Positions 52,501 to 64,000 of a DNA stretch of 64,000 nucleotides are shown here, in pieces. The stretch lies in assembly GCA_040954595.2 (NCBI GenBank), contig CM082588.2, forward strand, positions 1,665,935 to 1,729,934, in the 5' to 3' direction. A program made the translations under genes and the position numbers. The first letter of the stretch is position 1; each line of letters begins with the position of its first letter. The stretch comes from Balanoglossus misakiensis. Lineage: Eukaryota > Animalia > Hemichordata. The notes under the pieces were generated by a model. It ran no database searches, was not told the origin of the DNA, and saw nothing but the letters and a program-made list of their open reading frames with translations.

Positions 52501-55500
52501 GTTCCCTCAAGTTCTGGGATGCATCAGCTGGTAAGATGATTTTATGAGAAATGTTTTACAAGATAATTAGAACACTCATTTGTAAATAATCTGCTCTCCA
52601 GTCTGTGTTATCATTCTGCACCAACTGAGCAGAATTACTATTATTAAAAAAATGGTGACTGTGTCATTTCATCAAACTTATTTTAAAGTGTTCTTTTGGA
52701 TTTCAGTGTCGTTACAAATCCTGTACAAACTGAAGACTGCCAAAGTGTTTGACAAGAAGAGTAAGAGTTTGGATGGTGAAGAAGACCCATATGCAATTCA
52801 TCTCGTTGAAATGTGTCTTGATAGTCGTGTACTCGCTGTTGCTGGTGCTAGTGGACATGTTATATTGTACCGTTTTAGCAAACAGGAGGTCCAAATCGAC
52901 CAATTATCTGTGAGTATCAGAATCATGTGATATAATCTAACCAATGAGAAGAATATCTTACTTTTCTTACCGATTCCATCGTGCGTTAAGTCCTTTGAGT
53001 GAATTAATAGCCGCGACGTATAATGACAACATTGTGTGTACCAGTATCATTTGTATTTCTGATGTCAGTGCCTGTATTTCATTGTCTTTATCTCTGATGT
53101 TCTGTTTCAGTCCATTGAGATCTCCATTGTATATGAAGCGGAGGAGTTGGAATCACCAGATTGTGAACTACCACCAACACCACTAGGACGCAATTCCAGT
53201 ACCACCAGCAGCACAAGCAGTGTCCCAACAATTGGACCCTCATCCACAACTCACATGAGTTCCAGTTCCGGTGAAGGAGTCAAGGACAACGTCCCCAATC
53301 TCAAAGTCCGGACATCTGCTCTCAAATTCCCTTCTGGATATCAGCCGGACCTGATCTGCCAGTTTCTGTGGGTAGATGGTGAACCTCCACCTGTGGTCAC
53401 TTCAGTGGAACCCAATTCATCCTACGGACTGTGAGTAAACATTGGATTTTGTCCCTCCCCCAGCTACTTCATTTTCATCGATAGCTCCTTCCCATTACTT
53501 TTTTGTCTGAGGAGATGTGCAATAGCTCAAATGAGATAGCTCCTTCACCTCCTTTTTCATCAGGCCCAGTTTCTTAGAAAATGTTATATACAGTATACTT
53601 CTGAGAAACTTACGTGTAGAATTTCCGAGAAACTTGACTTTTTGTGATGTTATACAAGAGCACCTTGACTCTCATGGGAGTTGCCAGTTGTTAAAAGCAC
53701 TCTCACACATCTCATTCTTCACAACAGAAAAGACTATCTGCTTCCAATCATAGAAATTGGATTCCCGTTTGTGGAAGAGTAGTATACGTATGATAAAACT
53801 GCATCATGTTTTGTGATTTTGTGTTGTAGCATTGGCATTGGTACAGCCAATGGACTTGCAATCATAGACTACATCCAGAAAACCTGTCTACTCAACATGG
53901 GCACGCCAGATTTGTATGGTTCAGCAGATCCTTATCAGAGAACACCCAGATCTCCCAAAAGAAACAAACCACAGGGACTTGGTGATATCGTTGAACAAGG
54001 CACTACTGAACCGGAAAGATGTCGTTCTCCTCCGGGAAACTCCAACTCAGAACAGGTTAATATCACTAACATTGTATCAATACTTGATTGTTTTATGATT
54101 TCGATTTCATTTATTTCATACATTATGATTTTAACTCAGATCTTGTTATACACAGATCATTATACACCTACTCTCATAGGCTAATAAATCTGTTGGTACA
54201 ATATTGATGCAAATTAGTTCTAATAAATCTTTCCAGGCAAAGTATCTATGGTATGCCTGTGGATTACATGCCCCTGGTGTGAAATAAAGTTTGGGTTTTT
54301 TAAAACGATCTATTTTGATTTTCAGCAAAACGGAGTTTGTCTGAGTCCCACAGGAAACAACACCAAGAAGGACAAGAGGCCGAATGATGCACAGTTAAAG
54401 AGGAGTAAGTCTCAAGGAACACGAAAATTAAAGAAAGGGGAATCTACTGCTTCGGAAGGTGGTAATGGCGAAGGTAGCGACGTTGGATGTATGGGTGGAT
54501 TCATCAGTCAGTAGTTACCCAATCAAATTCATTCTGATAGTCGTTTAATATGCCTTTTTCATGGAAAGGGCGTCCTTTCCTAAGCATAGTGTAATCTCCA
54601 AGTAGACGATGCGAAAACGAGACCAGCAAGTTTCGCACGTCTTGGAAAGGGCGCCCTCTTGATGAAAAAGGTGTATCTATGTAGTCTTACATCTTGGCAG
54701 CTTACACTACTCGACATTGAGAGAGAAATATAGTAGTGAAGTTGCCAAGATGGTCAGAAGACTTGCACCATTTGATGTTTCTGCACAACATGTACGAGTT
54801 GATACAGCACAAGTTTTGGCTTAAAACGTGACACTTGTAAGATTTGTGTTGCTTTGGTCATCACTGTTAGACTGTGATCTCTGCTGAAATCAGGTAGCAA
54901 CTGACGTGAATATCGCTTCATATTATAATTTGCGTTGCTCAGTTCCGTGGCAGTATGTCTTGTGGTAGATCTAGTCTGCAACATATAAATTGATAATGCA
55001 TGTTAGCTTATGTTAAACATTTTCTGTAACGTAGTTTCTACTTCTTTAAATGTTTCAAATTAGTTAATATATTTGAGCCCGTTACATGTTAAATTCCATG
55101 GATCAATATTGAAGAGCCATCTGACTGTGAACAGCAGTGGTCAGATGATTCCCTTTTGATCAGCGAGGTTTTCACCCACATAACACAGCACCTTCAATCA
55201 GTATGATTAACACATAACCAGCATACTCATATGTGCATTGTTTGTTTGTTTGTTTGACTAGTGTTAGCTCATTGTTGTCTGGGCTGGGTTATTGTGACAT
55301 TCACCTTCCCATTGTAGTTTGTTGGGGCTCATTTTGAAGCATTCATTTATTTCTGATAGACCCAGGCAATTTTGTGTTGCTTTTACTAATATTAACACAA
55401 GCACCTCATTTCAATTTTTTGTTTCATATTCTCTCTGTGCCTGTCTGTGTATGTTTGTTTGTATGTGCGTGTATGTGTATGGTGTCTGTTTGCATATTGT

Positions 55501-58500
55501 GTGTGTGTGGTCATCTTCACGTTTATAAGTTACTGACAATTATCTTCCCACTGTGTGTGTTTATTTATTTACTATCATAACAGATATATTTTACAATACT
55601 CTGTAGTACCATTTCATCTATTTTATGTTCTGTCCCTTCATGATTTTCATCCTACACTGTTTTGACACATCATTTTCATCATAACCGTCTATCCATTTAC
55701 AGACCCACCCACCAGCCAACCTCTTTGCAATATCAAAATATAATCCTTTCATCCATCCGTCCTCTATCCTTCAATCCATCCATTCATCTCGATCACCCCA
55801 CCTGATTCCCGATCTTAAATCAAAATAACATCAGATACTACATCAGATAAGTAGGTGATAATCTAAGAATGGTAGTTCAGTCCCCACTGACAGTCTGGGT
55901 GGACTGTGGATTGGGTTTAGTGATACGATCCAATATGGCCGCTTGGTAGTCATTTTGTGACAATTTCTCTTTCAGATTTGTTCAGATCATACAACAATAA
56001 CCAAGATTGTATTTTGGGGCATTCTTTGCCTTTTTTGGTAAAAGAAAATCAATGCTTAGATAATACTTGTGTTTTTTTGGCATTTGGGAATTTTTTGTTC
56101 AAAGACCCTATTTCTCAGAAACCTCTTGTCTGTACTATGAACTGTGTATTCACATGAATTTGTTACACAATCTCTTACAATACTTATCAATGCTTTAACT
56201 TTTATATTTATTGAAGTGGATTTGTGAAATCTGTGATTTTTAGATTATTTTTGAATCTTAACAAGTCAACAAATCTGATGTTAATTTGATTTTGTTATAC
56301 CTCCTGTCCAATTCTGCCATTGTCACCCTGCATGCTGTTGGCTTTTTCAACTTATACTAGATAATTCCCATCTTCCCCCTTATTCTAACTATCCCTTTCA
56401 ACTACTATTATTCAATTGGTGACTCCAGATTATAACCCTCCCTAGTAACCATTCCCATGGTGACCCTTAATTCTAACCTCCCCTTATAACTGTTTCCACT
56501 GTGTCTTACTTGCATACTTACATCTCCATATCATTGACGTGATATTCCATCTCTTTATATTCGTAAACTGAAGATCCTGATGGAGCTAGTAGAAGCTCAT
56601 CACTATTACTACCTGGTAAATACGTATTCTCTGGCCCACACCCTTCAGGTGTTAATTCTACCACCTTTTCTCATCAATATTTGTGCACCCCCCTCCACTT
56701 TTCAAACCTACCCATTTACAAGCCCAGGTGGCTGGTCACTTTGGCTGCTTTTATCGTCATTCATAGCTTTCTTTATTTCTGTGTCTGTCCAGTGTTTTTC
56801 CTCTCCATATGTGTGTCTTTAGAATGGACTAACATCTAAAAAAAACAACTTGATTGCAATATATATATGCTTAGCTGTTGCTGTGTATTCTCTCACTGAC
56901 CACACATTAACAGCATGTTATATCCTGGGCTTCTATTTTTACTCTTTCTCTCTCTCTTTCTGTCTCTCACACACGGATGAAACCACACCCCTTCCAAACA
57001 CTATCACTACACTCTCAGAACACCTTTACCATTCCAATATACCACACCACTACTTCACAATACTCTCACTTTTATACCGTTCCGATATACCTCATCTTAC
57101 CCAGATACTTACAACACATTGTTCACTTTCTGTTACATTTTACCACACTTTTCCAAAAGATACAATACACCAGTCCAACTACAGTGTATCATACTAATAT
57201 ACATTAACAAAAAGATTGTCTAAATTTTACTTTTATTGTTGCCAAACATTTGTCACACAGTTACAATTATGTTGCAAATCTCTGTGACATTTTCTGATAC
57301 ATTCTAACAGTTGTCTGCTCTAACATTAACTTGCTACTTCTTAACAATTGTAAGATAGTACTAATTCTTTCAGTGAAGTCCATACTTCAGTAGCTAATGC
57401 CCGTTGACGTTTCCCTTTCATTCTTGTAGACCGTGGTGAAGGTTCATTTACCAGGTCAAGAAGTTCTAGCATGTCAAGTCTTGAAAGGGAAACCAAGGAA
57501 GGCATCAATTGTCTTGCATTCGCAGAATCCTATACAACCAAAACAGGTAAGGTCTTAATCAATTCTTGGCGCAATTAACACCTTTTTGTCCTACCAACTT
57601 TACTAATAATGAATACACAAGTCACTGTAAAGAGATTTTAGTATTTAATCAAGCTTTCATTTTTCGAATAATAACCTCAGTGTCACACTTTAAGTTTTTT
57701 TTGAGGTTTAACAATATTTTGTTCATATTTTAGATTTGACAACAGTGCCGTGCCTATGGGTTGGTACAAGTCTGGGTTCAGTGCTTGTCATTGTGATCAC
57801 TCTACCATCTGAAGAGCAAAGACGCAATGAACCAGTTATTGTCTCACCCAGTGGTAAGAATATTTCTCTACATTGCCAACATGTGTTCATTGAAGTATTT
57901 CCACTTCACATAAAATAGGATGTGTACGATGGCTGGGAGGAGACCTTCCCTTGCAAAAGGAAATTCCCTAAGCAAGGTTTGCCTTTATTGTTGATTATAG
58001 ATGCATCTTCTGTGTCAATAATTCACACAATTTCTCTTGTTTTTTTTTAAGGTACTGTGCTTCGACTGAAAGGTGCTATATTATGCATGTCTTTCCTGGA
58101 CTTCAGTGGTAATTTCATACCAGCACAGACAGATAATTGGAAAGATATGAACCTTACCAAAGAATCCTCAACAAAAGATAAGATGAGTAAGTCACTGCTG
58201 TAAATCAAGTTTGAATTTCAAGATATCCATGAATTACTCCTTTTTGAACTAAAATGCAGCATGCATTGTAGCAGAAGATGAAAGCAAATGAGAATGTGGA
58301 AGTAGGGACACTGTAGGTCAGCCTAGGGGGTCTACTTTGAAAAGAACCCACTAACCTCTCAGGAGTTCTTGGCATATGCCCCTTAGTATTGTGGATAATT
58401 GCAACCAGTGCTAGTAATGTGCACCACAAAGGGAAAAAGCACCTTTAACTTAACATGATTTTTTATTACAGAACGGGAAACACCAACAAGGCCTAAGATG

Positions 58501-60250
58501 TCCCCATCTTCCTCAACAGAAATTGTGGACAGACAGTTTGTTGTGATAAGCTCTGAAAAACTAGTCAAGGTAAATACTAGTTGATGTACTTTTTGTATTG
58601 CTAGCTAGACTGACAAGTACTGACTTCAATTTTATTTCATAGTAAGCCAGATTTTGACACGAATGTGATGATGTTTAATTGACAGGTAATTTCCCTGCCA
58701 TCACAAACCTGTGCCTACAGAGTGAAAGTGACTGAAACGTCATACGCAATCAAAGCTGCTGTTGTGAGCATGCCCAGTAAATACTCTGGCAGAGGTGAGT
58801 ACTCAATTTAGTATCCAAAGAAAAATGATCAGCAATACACCCTTTTCAAAAGACTAGCGCCCTCTTGCAGCCATCATGAACTCAAATGGAGGCCATCCTC
58901 AATCTGTTGATAGCTGTGTCTAGTTTCAATGTTAGTAAAAACTTTGAGAGGCAATATTCTAATCATGGGGTGTTTTTTTTGTTTTTTTTCGCAGAAAGTT
59001 ACTGTCTAGCATGTTATGTTGCAAATGGTCATATCATGGCATTTAGTGTACCCAGTATGAAGCCACTGTTGGACACTGAGTATCTACCCCTAACAGATCT
59101 ACGCATCGCAAGGACTTTTTGTTTTACTAATCATGGCCAGGCTTTGTATCTGTGCAGCTCGACTGAAATGCAAAGAATTACGCTCTGTACAGAAACCAGG
59201 TAATTACTTGTACTTAACTTTCTATGAGTAAACAGTGCAAGAAGGCAAAACCATAGCAATTTGCCCTGAGACATTCTTATTTTCGCAAGAAGAGGGCAAG
59301 ACGCTTAGATCAGTGTTGTGTAATCTTATTCTGTCATGGTTGTAGTCTCAGTAGTGGATCTCAATTGTGATCACAAAGACGCATCTCTTTGATACATGAT
59401 ATATTCCCATTTCAGTGAGAATTTACAAGAAATGTTAGGTGATCTGTTCTTGCCAGTTGACACACCAGAGGCTCCTAGTAAAGGATTCTTCAAAGGGCTG
59501 TTTGGTGGTGGTGCAGGCACTTTGGACAGAGAAGAACTCTGTAAGTATCATCCGTTATTGATGTGGTTTTCTTCCGTTAGCTGTGATTGAGTTTTCATCA
59601 ATTATAACTGCATTGTAACTTCTTTTTTCAGTTGGAGAATCTAGTGGTAAGGCTTCAAAAAGTGTTGCGAAGCACATACCTGGTACTGGTGGCATTGAAG
59701 GCGTCAAGGCTGCTAGTGGTGGTGTCGCCGGAGAATTGGCCAGAGCTCGAATTGTAAGTACATCTACTTTGTTTTGTTCATGTCTAGTCTTTTTAGAGAA
59801 ATGATTTTTTGCCAAACTGGGAAAGCCAGAACAAAAGTGAAAAATTTGAATGTGAAGAATGCAAATGTGAGGAGTAATTTATCTTGGTGGGTAGACTCTC
59901 TCACAGCCCCTCTCGCCGTCCATGCAGGCTTACAGTCTGATTGCATGTGTGTCTGGTGAGAAGGGTTCACTACACAACACCATAAGGGGCTTCTCCTTTG
60001 CTAAATGGTTGAGGGCGTGTTTGTGAAGAGCCTTGTAGCAAACTGTGGGCTGTGAGAGAGTCTACTTGTAGGGATGTGATTCTCTAAGTCCTCTTTCTTT
60101 CCTTATTGATAGGCCCTGAGTGAAAGAGGTGAGAAGCTAAGCGAACTGGACGAAAGAACAGCACAAATGATGGCTAATGCGGAGAATTTCTCACAAGCTG
60201 CGCACCAAATAATGCAGAAATACAAAGATAAAAAGTGGTACCAATTTTGA
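28506..60250 (+). CDS. STXBP5: Tomosyn / syntaxin-binding protein 5 (WD40 repeats plus C-terminal R-SNARE motif); 26 constitutive coding exons
   Basis: MKKF..RVLDGL N-terminus, VRHGYPFEPTAMAYDPVQ, LHLWNLRQKRPAILHSLKF, FTRSRSSSMSS and C-terminal ERGEKLSELDERT...KYKDKKWYQF*. Exons 28506-28646 (alternative ATG 28524), 28739-28836, 46231-46312, 46465-46565, 46757-46891, 47048-47111, 49760-49967, 50155-50236, 50459-50613, 50942-51014, 51316-51472, 52006-52073, 52490-52530, 52707-52909, 53111-53430, 53830-54055, 54326-~54473 (donor ambiguous), 57430-57546, 57734-57853, 58052-58186, 58472-58569, 58686-58794, 58995-59199, 59416-59540, 59632-59753, 60113-60250. Probably co-orthologous to vertebrate STXBP5 and STXBP5L. 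Confidence 0.95.
28837..46230 (+). other. U12-type (minor spliceosome) GT-AG intron, 17,394 nt, tomosyn intron 2
   Basis: 5' splice site GTATCCTTAA at 28837. Branch-point-like TTTCCTTAAT at 46208-46217, 13 nt before the 3' end, with no polypyrimidine tract. The flanking exons join in frame (GSLR-I-FGQPG). Confidence 0.88.
46587..46672. repeat. Possible short DNA-transposon/MITE end fragment in tomosyn intron 4
   Basis: Begins TACTGTGAAACGGG...TTTTCACG...TTTTTCGC...TTTTTGCG, a periodic pattern typical of TA-inserting MITE termini. No partner end found. Confidence 0.3.
54548..54676. repeat. Imperfect inverted repeat/hairpin (MITE-like) in the tomosyn hypervariable-region intron
   Basis: ATATGCCTTTTTCATGGAAAGGGCGTCCTTTCCTAAG (54548-54584) pairs with CTTGGAAAGGGCGCCCTCTTGATGAAAAAGGTGTAT (54641-54676). 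An inner stem GACGATGCGAAAAC/GTTTCGCACGTC is also present. Confidence 0.7.
56574..56615 (+). other. Candidate 42-nt alternative cassette exon of tomosyn (DPDGASRSSSLLLP)
   Basis: AAG|ATCCTGAT...CTACCTG|GTAAAT. Length is 3n, phase 1-1 matches the flanking exons, no stop codon, and the upstream sequence is pyrimidine-rich. Confidence 0.5.
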
Positions 60251-60687
60251 AGCAGCAACCAGGCAGTGTGTATGTCTGCCCAGCCATCCATATACTTTAC
60301 ATGATATATGCAGAGACTCGGCTCTGATCCTGATGACCATCACCTAGGAAACGGTTTCCTAGCAACAATTAATGCAACTGATTTGGGAAGACAACTTATT
60401 TTGTGTGTCTCGTCGGAGTGTGGTCATAAAATGACATCACCAGCGATCAGCAAAACAATTGAGATAGAGCGATCTCATTTGTCCTAAAAAATGAAATTTT
60501 ATGTTCTTATACAATTCTGCTTACGAAACTTAGAATAGCAGTTGTACAATAGTCCCACTATTGTAATTACTTATGTGTTCTTATTGCCTGTGAAGTTTGA
60601 AATGCAAACTTGTCTTCGGTTGTAGGTTCAACAAGCGTTCTGAAATATTTCCAAACTGCCATTAGTCACAACCGATGTTACAAGTTG

Positions 60688-60760
60688 TGTACAATGTTAT
60701 ACAGTGCTACAGTGTGATACAGTGTAATACAGTGTATTACAATGTATCACAATGTATTGT
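60688..60760. repeat. Degenerate ~10-bp minisatellite (TACAGTGTAN-like) downstream of the tomosyn stop
   Basis: About 7 tandem variants: acaatgttat acagtgct acagtgtgat acagtgtaat acagtgtatt acaatgtatc acaatgtatt. Confidence 0.7.
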
Positions 60761-61892
60761 ATAATTCACCTATGTATGATATCTGTCCTAGCTACAAAAA
60801 GCATGTTTTGTCTGTGTCAATTAAGATTTCAATTATTATGTAAATAATATGTAGACAGATGGGGAAAAAATGCTGAAATTCTCTTCCGGTGGGGGAAAAA
60901 GATGACATAAAAGTGTGTAATTAAAAACAAAAATGACGAGTATTCAGAGGGACTAGTTTTAGGAATAACCAGAACTAACAAACTGTGGATTTGCATGCAT
61001 GTCCTAAATATTGAGGATGTTCATTAAAAATGCAGAAATGAGGGTTAATAATTGGAGAATTTCAGCAAAGAAAAAAAAAAACTGAATTGTCTGTGTTTGT
61101 TTGTTTAATTGGTTGAAAAAAATACAAGGTAATCTAAATTGCTTTTAGATGACTTACAGATACTATGTGTATATATGTGCCAGAAGTCATGCTTAGTCTT
61201 CATAATATATTTACTTAAAACATTTCTTGACTTGTACAAAGTTGATGTAGTTGGAGGGCCTAGTCTACTCTTGCAAATAGAAACTCTAGAATTTTGAATT
61301 TTCAAAAAAAAAATCAAAACTGTGGTTTATGTGCTCCATGCTTTAATTTAAGTTTTCAAGTTTGCAGTATGATTTTGCCATTAATGTGTAACAGTGGTCA
61401 TGTTTAATGGTAGATAGTCTTGGTTTTCAATTCTCTAGGACTCCTTAGGACTTGTAATATGAAGCAATCAAATTACCATAAACCTGTTACAACTCATCAT
61501 TTTCACTTAGTACCCTCTAAGTCACTGTAAAGTTGTAAGATAATGTGAAGCTCTTATAGTGTTCATTTATGTGACTGGTAAGACTGATTGCCAACCAAGT
61601 CAGATAAGGTGCCTCAAATCCAGGGATTTTCTTTTCATTTCAATGTCAGTCAAGGTCATGCTGAAACACTCCATTAGCAAAATGTTTTTGTTTGTTATTT
61701 GACCTCTGGTAGTCCAGTTCAAAATCTTCACTCAAGGTGTTGTAACAAAATTACTGATAAGTGTCAGCATGTCACCAAACAGACTGTATGAAAACTAACA
61801 TACATGTATTGATCAATCTTTAAAGATCTGTTTGGTTTAGTTTTCAAATGAGAATGATTTATACATTAGTTTGGTGTTGGCGGTATGAATAA

Positions 61893-62267
61893 TAGTCTGG
61901 TTCCCTGCCCCAATCCCACCGCTGGCTGCGCTACGCTAAAGGGAAAGGGGTCAGGTACGGCCCGATTTCACACCCAGAAACCTGGGTGTGAAACAAGATG
62001 GATGCCTCCAATGTCCGTATGCCAGTCAAGATTCATCCAGGCAGTTTATTTTGTTTCGTTTGTTGTAAAGTTGGAAATCGAATGATAAACATTCATGGAG
62101 GTGAAGGAGAGAACGGGAAATGAGTATCTTACAACAACTTATCAATTTACCAACTTAATTTTCGTATGTATTGACCAATGAGAGCCATGTTTACAATAGG
62201 CCGTGCCTGACCCTTTCCCTTTAGCGTAGCGCAGCCAGCGGTGGGATTGGGGCAGGGAACCAGACTA
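61893..62267. mobile_element. Non-autonomous TIR DNA transposon (AcademH-like MITE), 375 bp
   Basis: TIRs of about 70 bp (61893-61962 and 62199-62267; 1 indel, 1 mismatch) with 5'-TAG...CTA-3' termini. Perfect 9-bp TSD TATGAATAA at 61884-61892 and 62268-62276. Confidence 0.92.
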
Positions 62268-64000
62268 TATGAATAAAGGTCAAGTGAATGCCATGGAAAA
62301 TGTCAAGAAATGTCATTGTTTACAAATTGATCATAAAGTTAAAATTAATTTACAGATAGTAGTTCCTTTCAGTCTTTCTCCTTTTTTATAGAATTTAGAA
62401 GGCAACCTCTCCAATGTTGACTCGACTACTGTATTTGTGGTATTTGTGTATAAGAAGTACTGGAGTATTAGCGTTGTACGTCTTGCAATTGACAAGATAT
62501 GGACTTGTCTAGGTTAAAACAAAACTAAAAATGAAAACTGTTTGGGGCAAGATTTTTATCAATATAGCAACACTTGTAGCAATTTTCTTTTATTCATTTC
62601 CAAGTGTCACTATGTAGCAATGATTTGGTTACTGTGTATCAATGCAATATGTCACTTTGTAGCAACATTCAACTTCACTTTCCCTGCTGCTCTGAAGCAT
62701 TTCCAGTTTCAAATGTGTTTTCATTTACTCTTGATGTGCTATCATTGTGTTTTTTTCCGTGTAAATTAGACCTTTATTATTTTCATTTCCAGTACATTCT
62801 GTATTTCTTTGGATTTTGTTTTGGCTCTTGGATAAGTTCAGTCTTTGAATCTATGAAATGCATTTGATATCAATTTGTGTACATTCCTTGCTGGACCTGA
62901 TTTCAAGTCAGGAGTTTACATTTTCGTTTCTGAAGTAGGATCTCTGAGTTATGTGTTGCAGCTTTTTACAGTTTCTAATATATCTGTGTGTGTGCGTGTG
63001 CAAGTGTGTGTGTGTGTGTGTATGCATTAATATATGTGGCATTGTCTTGTTATTGCTTAGGATGAAAACTGATAAAGCATACGTCAGTTGGAAATGTTGC
63101 TGTGACTCATTCAAATATACTCTGTGTTACATCACATCGCTAGAACCTCAGTCACTCATCAAGAAACCTTTTCCATCTTTTTTTTTCAAACAAAAACTGA
63201 TTGTATTCCTGAGAAGCCTCTGCTGTTATGTCTTTCAGAATCTTGGCAGTGAAGCAAAAAGGTTGATTGTCTGTTCCAGTTTTGAAATTCACTCAAAATG
63301 TAACCATTAACCTAATACAATGTAGTATGTAAAAATTCTACAACAGGAGATCACCAGATGATGGCCATGCCGGCTTGTTTGTTTGTTTGTTTGTTTGTGC
63401 TGTCTGTCTACCCTCATTCCAATAGAGTGGAACAGTCTGACTATTGAAACATTCGCACCGGTCCAAAGTTAAAGAAATGCAGAGATCATAATGCTGACTG
63501 TTCGTGACATGACAAAAAACATCAACAATTTCTCATGTTAAAAGTCCCATATTTACAAAGCGTGCTTGCTGTTGATTATGATCAGCTTTCTACCAAATTG
63601 TCTTTTGTGCACCATATTTACACTGTTGACCCTCAACACTTAGTACTTCATATACCACTGCCAGCGTCAGGATGATCTTCGGGGACCAGTCTATATACGT
63701 ACATTCCTTTTGTTTTTTTTGTTGTTGTTGTAAATTTACTTTATCTTAATAACTTTAACAATCCCATTTCTCTGTAATTTATTTTATATGTTATATTCAA
63801 AACAAAAAGAGAGTTTGGTTGAAAGCTTGTAGGTAATTAATTGTACAGATTTTATTGAATGGCTGCAGTGTAAAGTATAAAATACTATTATGATACCCTA
63901 TATGTCTCTCTGTCTCTTCTTTGTATGAATGAATGTAGGGCAGTGTGACTGTGCAGTCATCAGAATTGACTTTGAGGTCAGAGTGACCAAAATTCACAAA

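Noticed and set aside
60688-60760. CRISPR-like or functional repeat array
   Set aside because: Short degenerate tandem units without spacers in a eukaryotic 3' region; an ordinary minisatellite.

Overview
AT-rich, intron-containing eukaryotic DNA. The orthologue set and vertebrate-like intron positions suggest a marine invertebrate, possibly a hemichordate/echinoderm-type deuterostome (inference). Six protein-coding genes can be reconstructed by hand. Four compact housekeeping genes form two head-to-head pairs: ASCC3 (-, 41 exons, 92-13494) with CLYBL (+, 14411-16247), and SNIP1 (-, 16796-17985) with BLOC1S3 (+, 18363-19613). The other two are a small secreted single-VWD-domain protein (-, 20179-23228) and tomosyn/STXBP5 (+, 26 exons, 28506-60250). 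Main highlights: (1) tomosyn intron 2 is a 17.4-kb U12-type (minor spliceosome) intron, whereas most introns here are about 100-300 bp; (2) a 3000-bp Academ-like DNA transposon (32-bp TIRs, TAG TSD, broken XPG-like/Cys-rich ORF) lies between the VWD gene and tomosyn; (3) a 375-bp TAG...CTA hairpin element with a 9-bp TSD (AcademH-like) is inserted into an AATAAA downstream of tomosyn; (4) a candidate 42-nt cassette exon and splicing-regulatory motifs sit in the tomosyn hypervariable-region intron. I found no tRNA, rRNA or CRISPR features. All coordinates were read by eye and no database searches were run.
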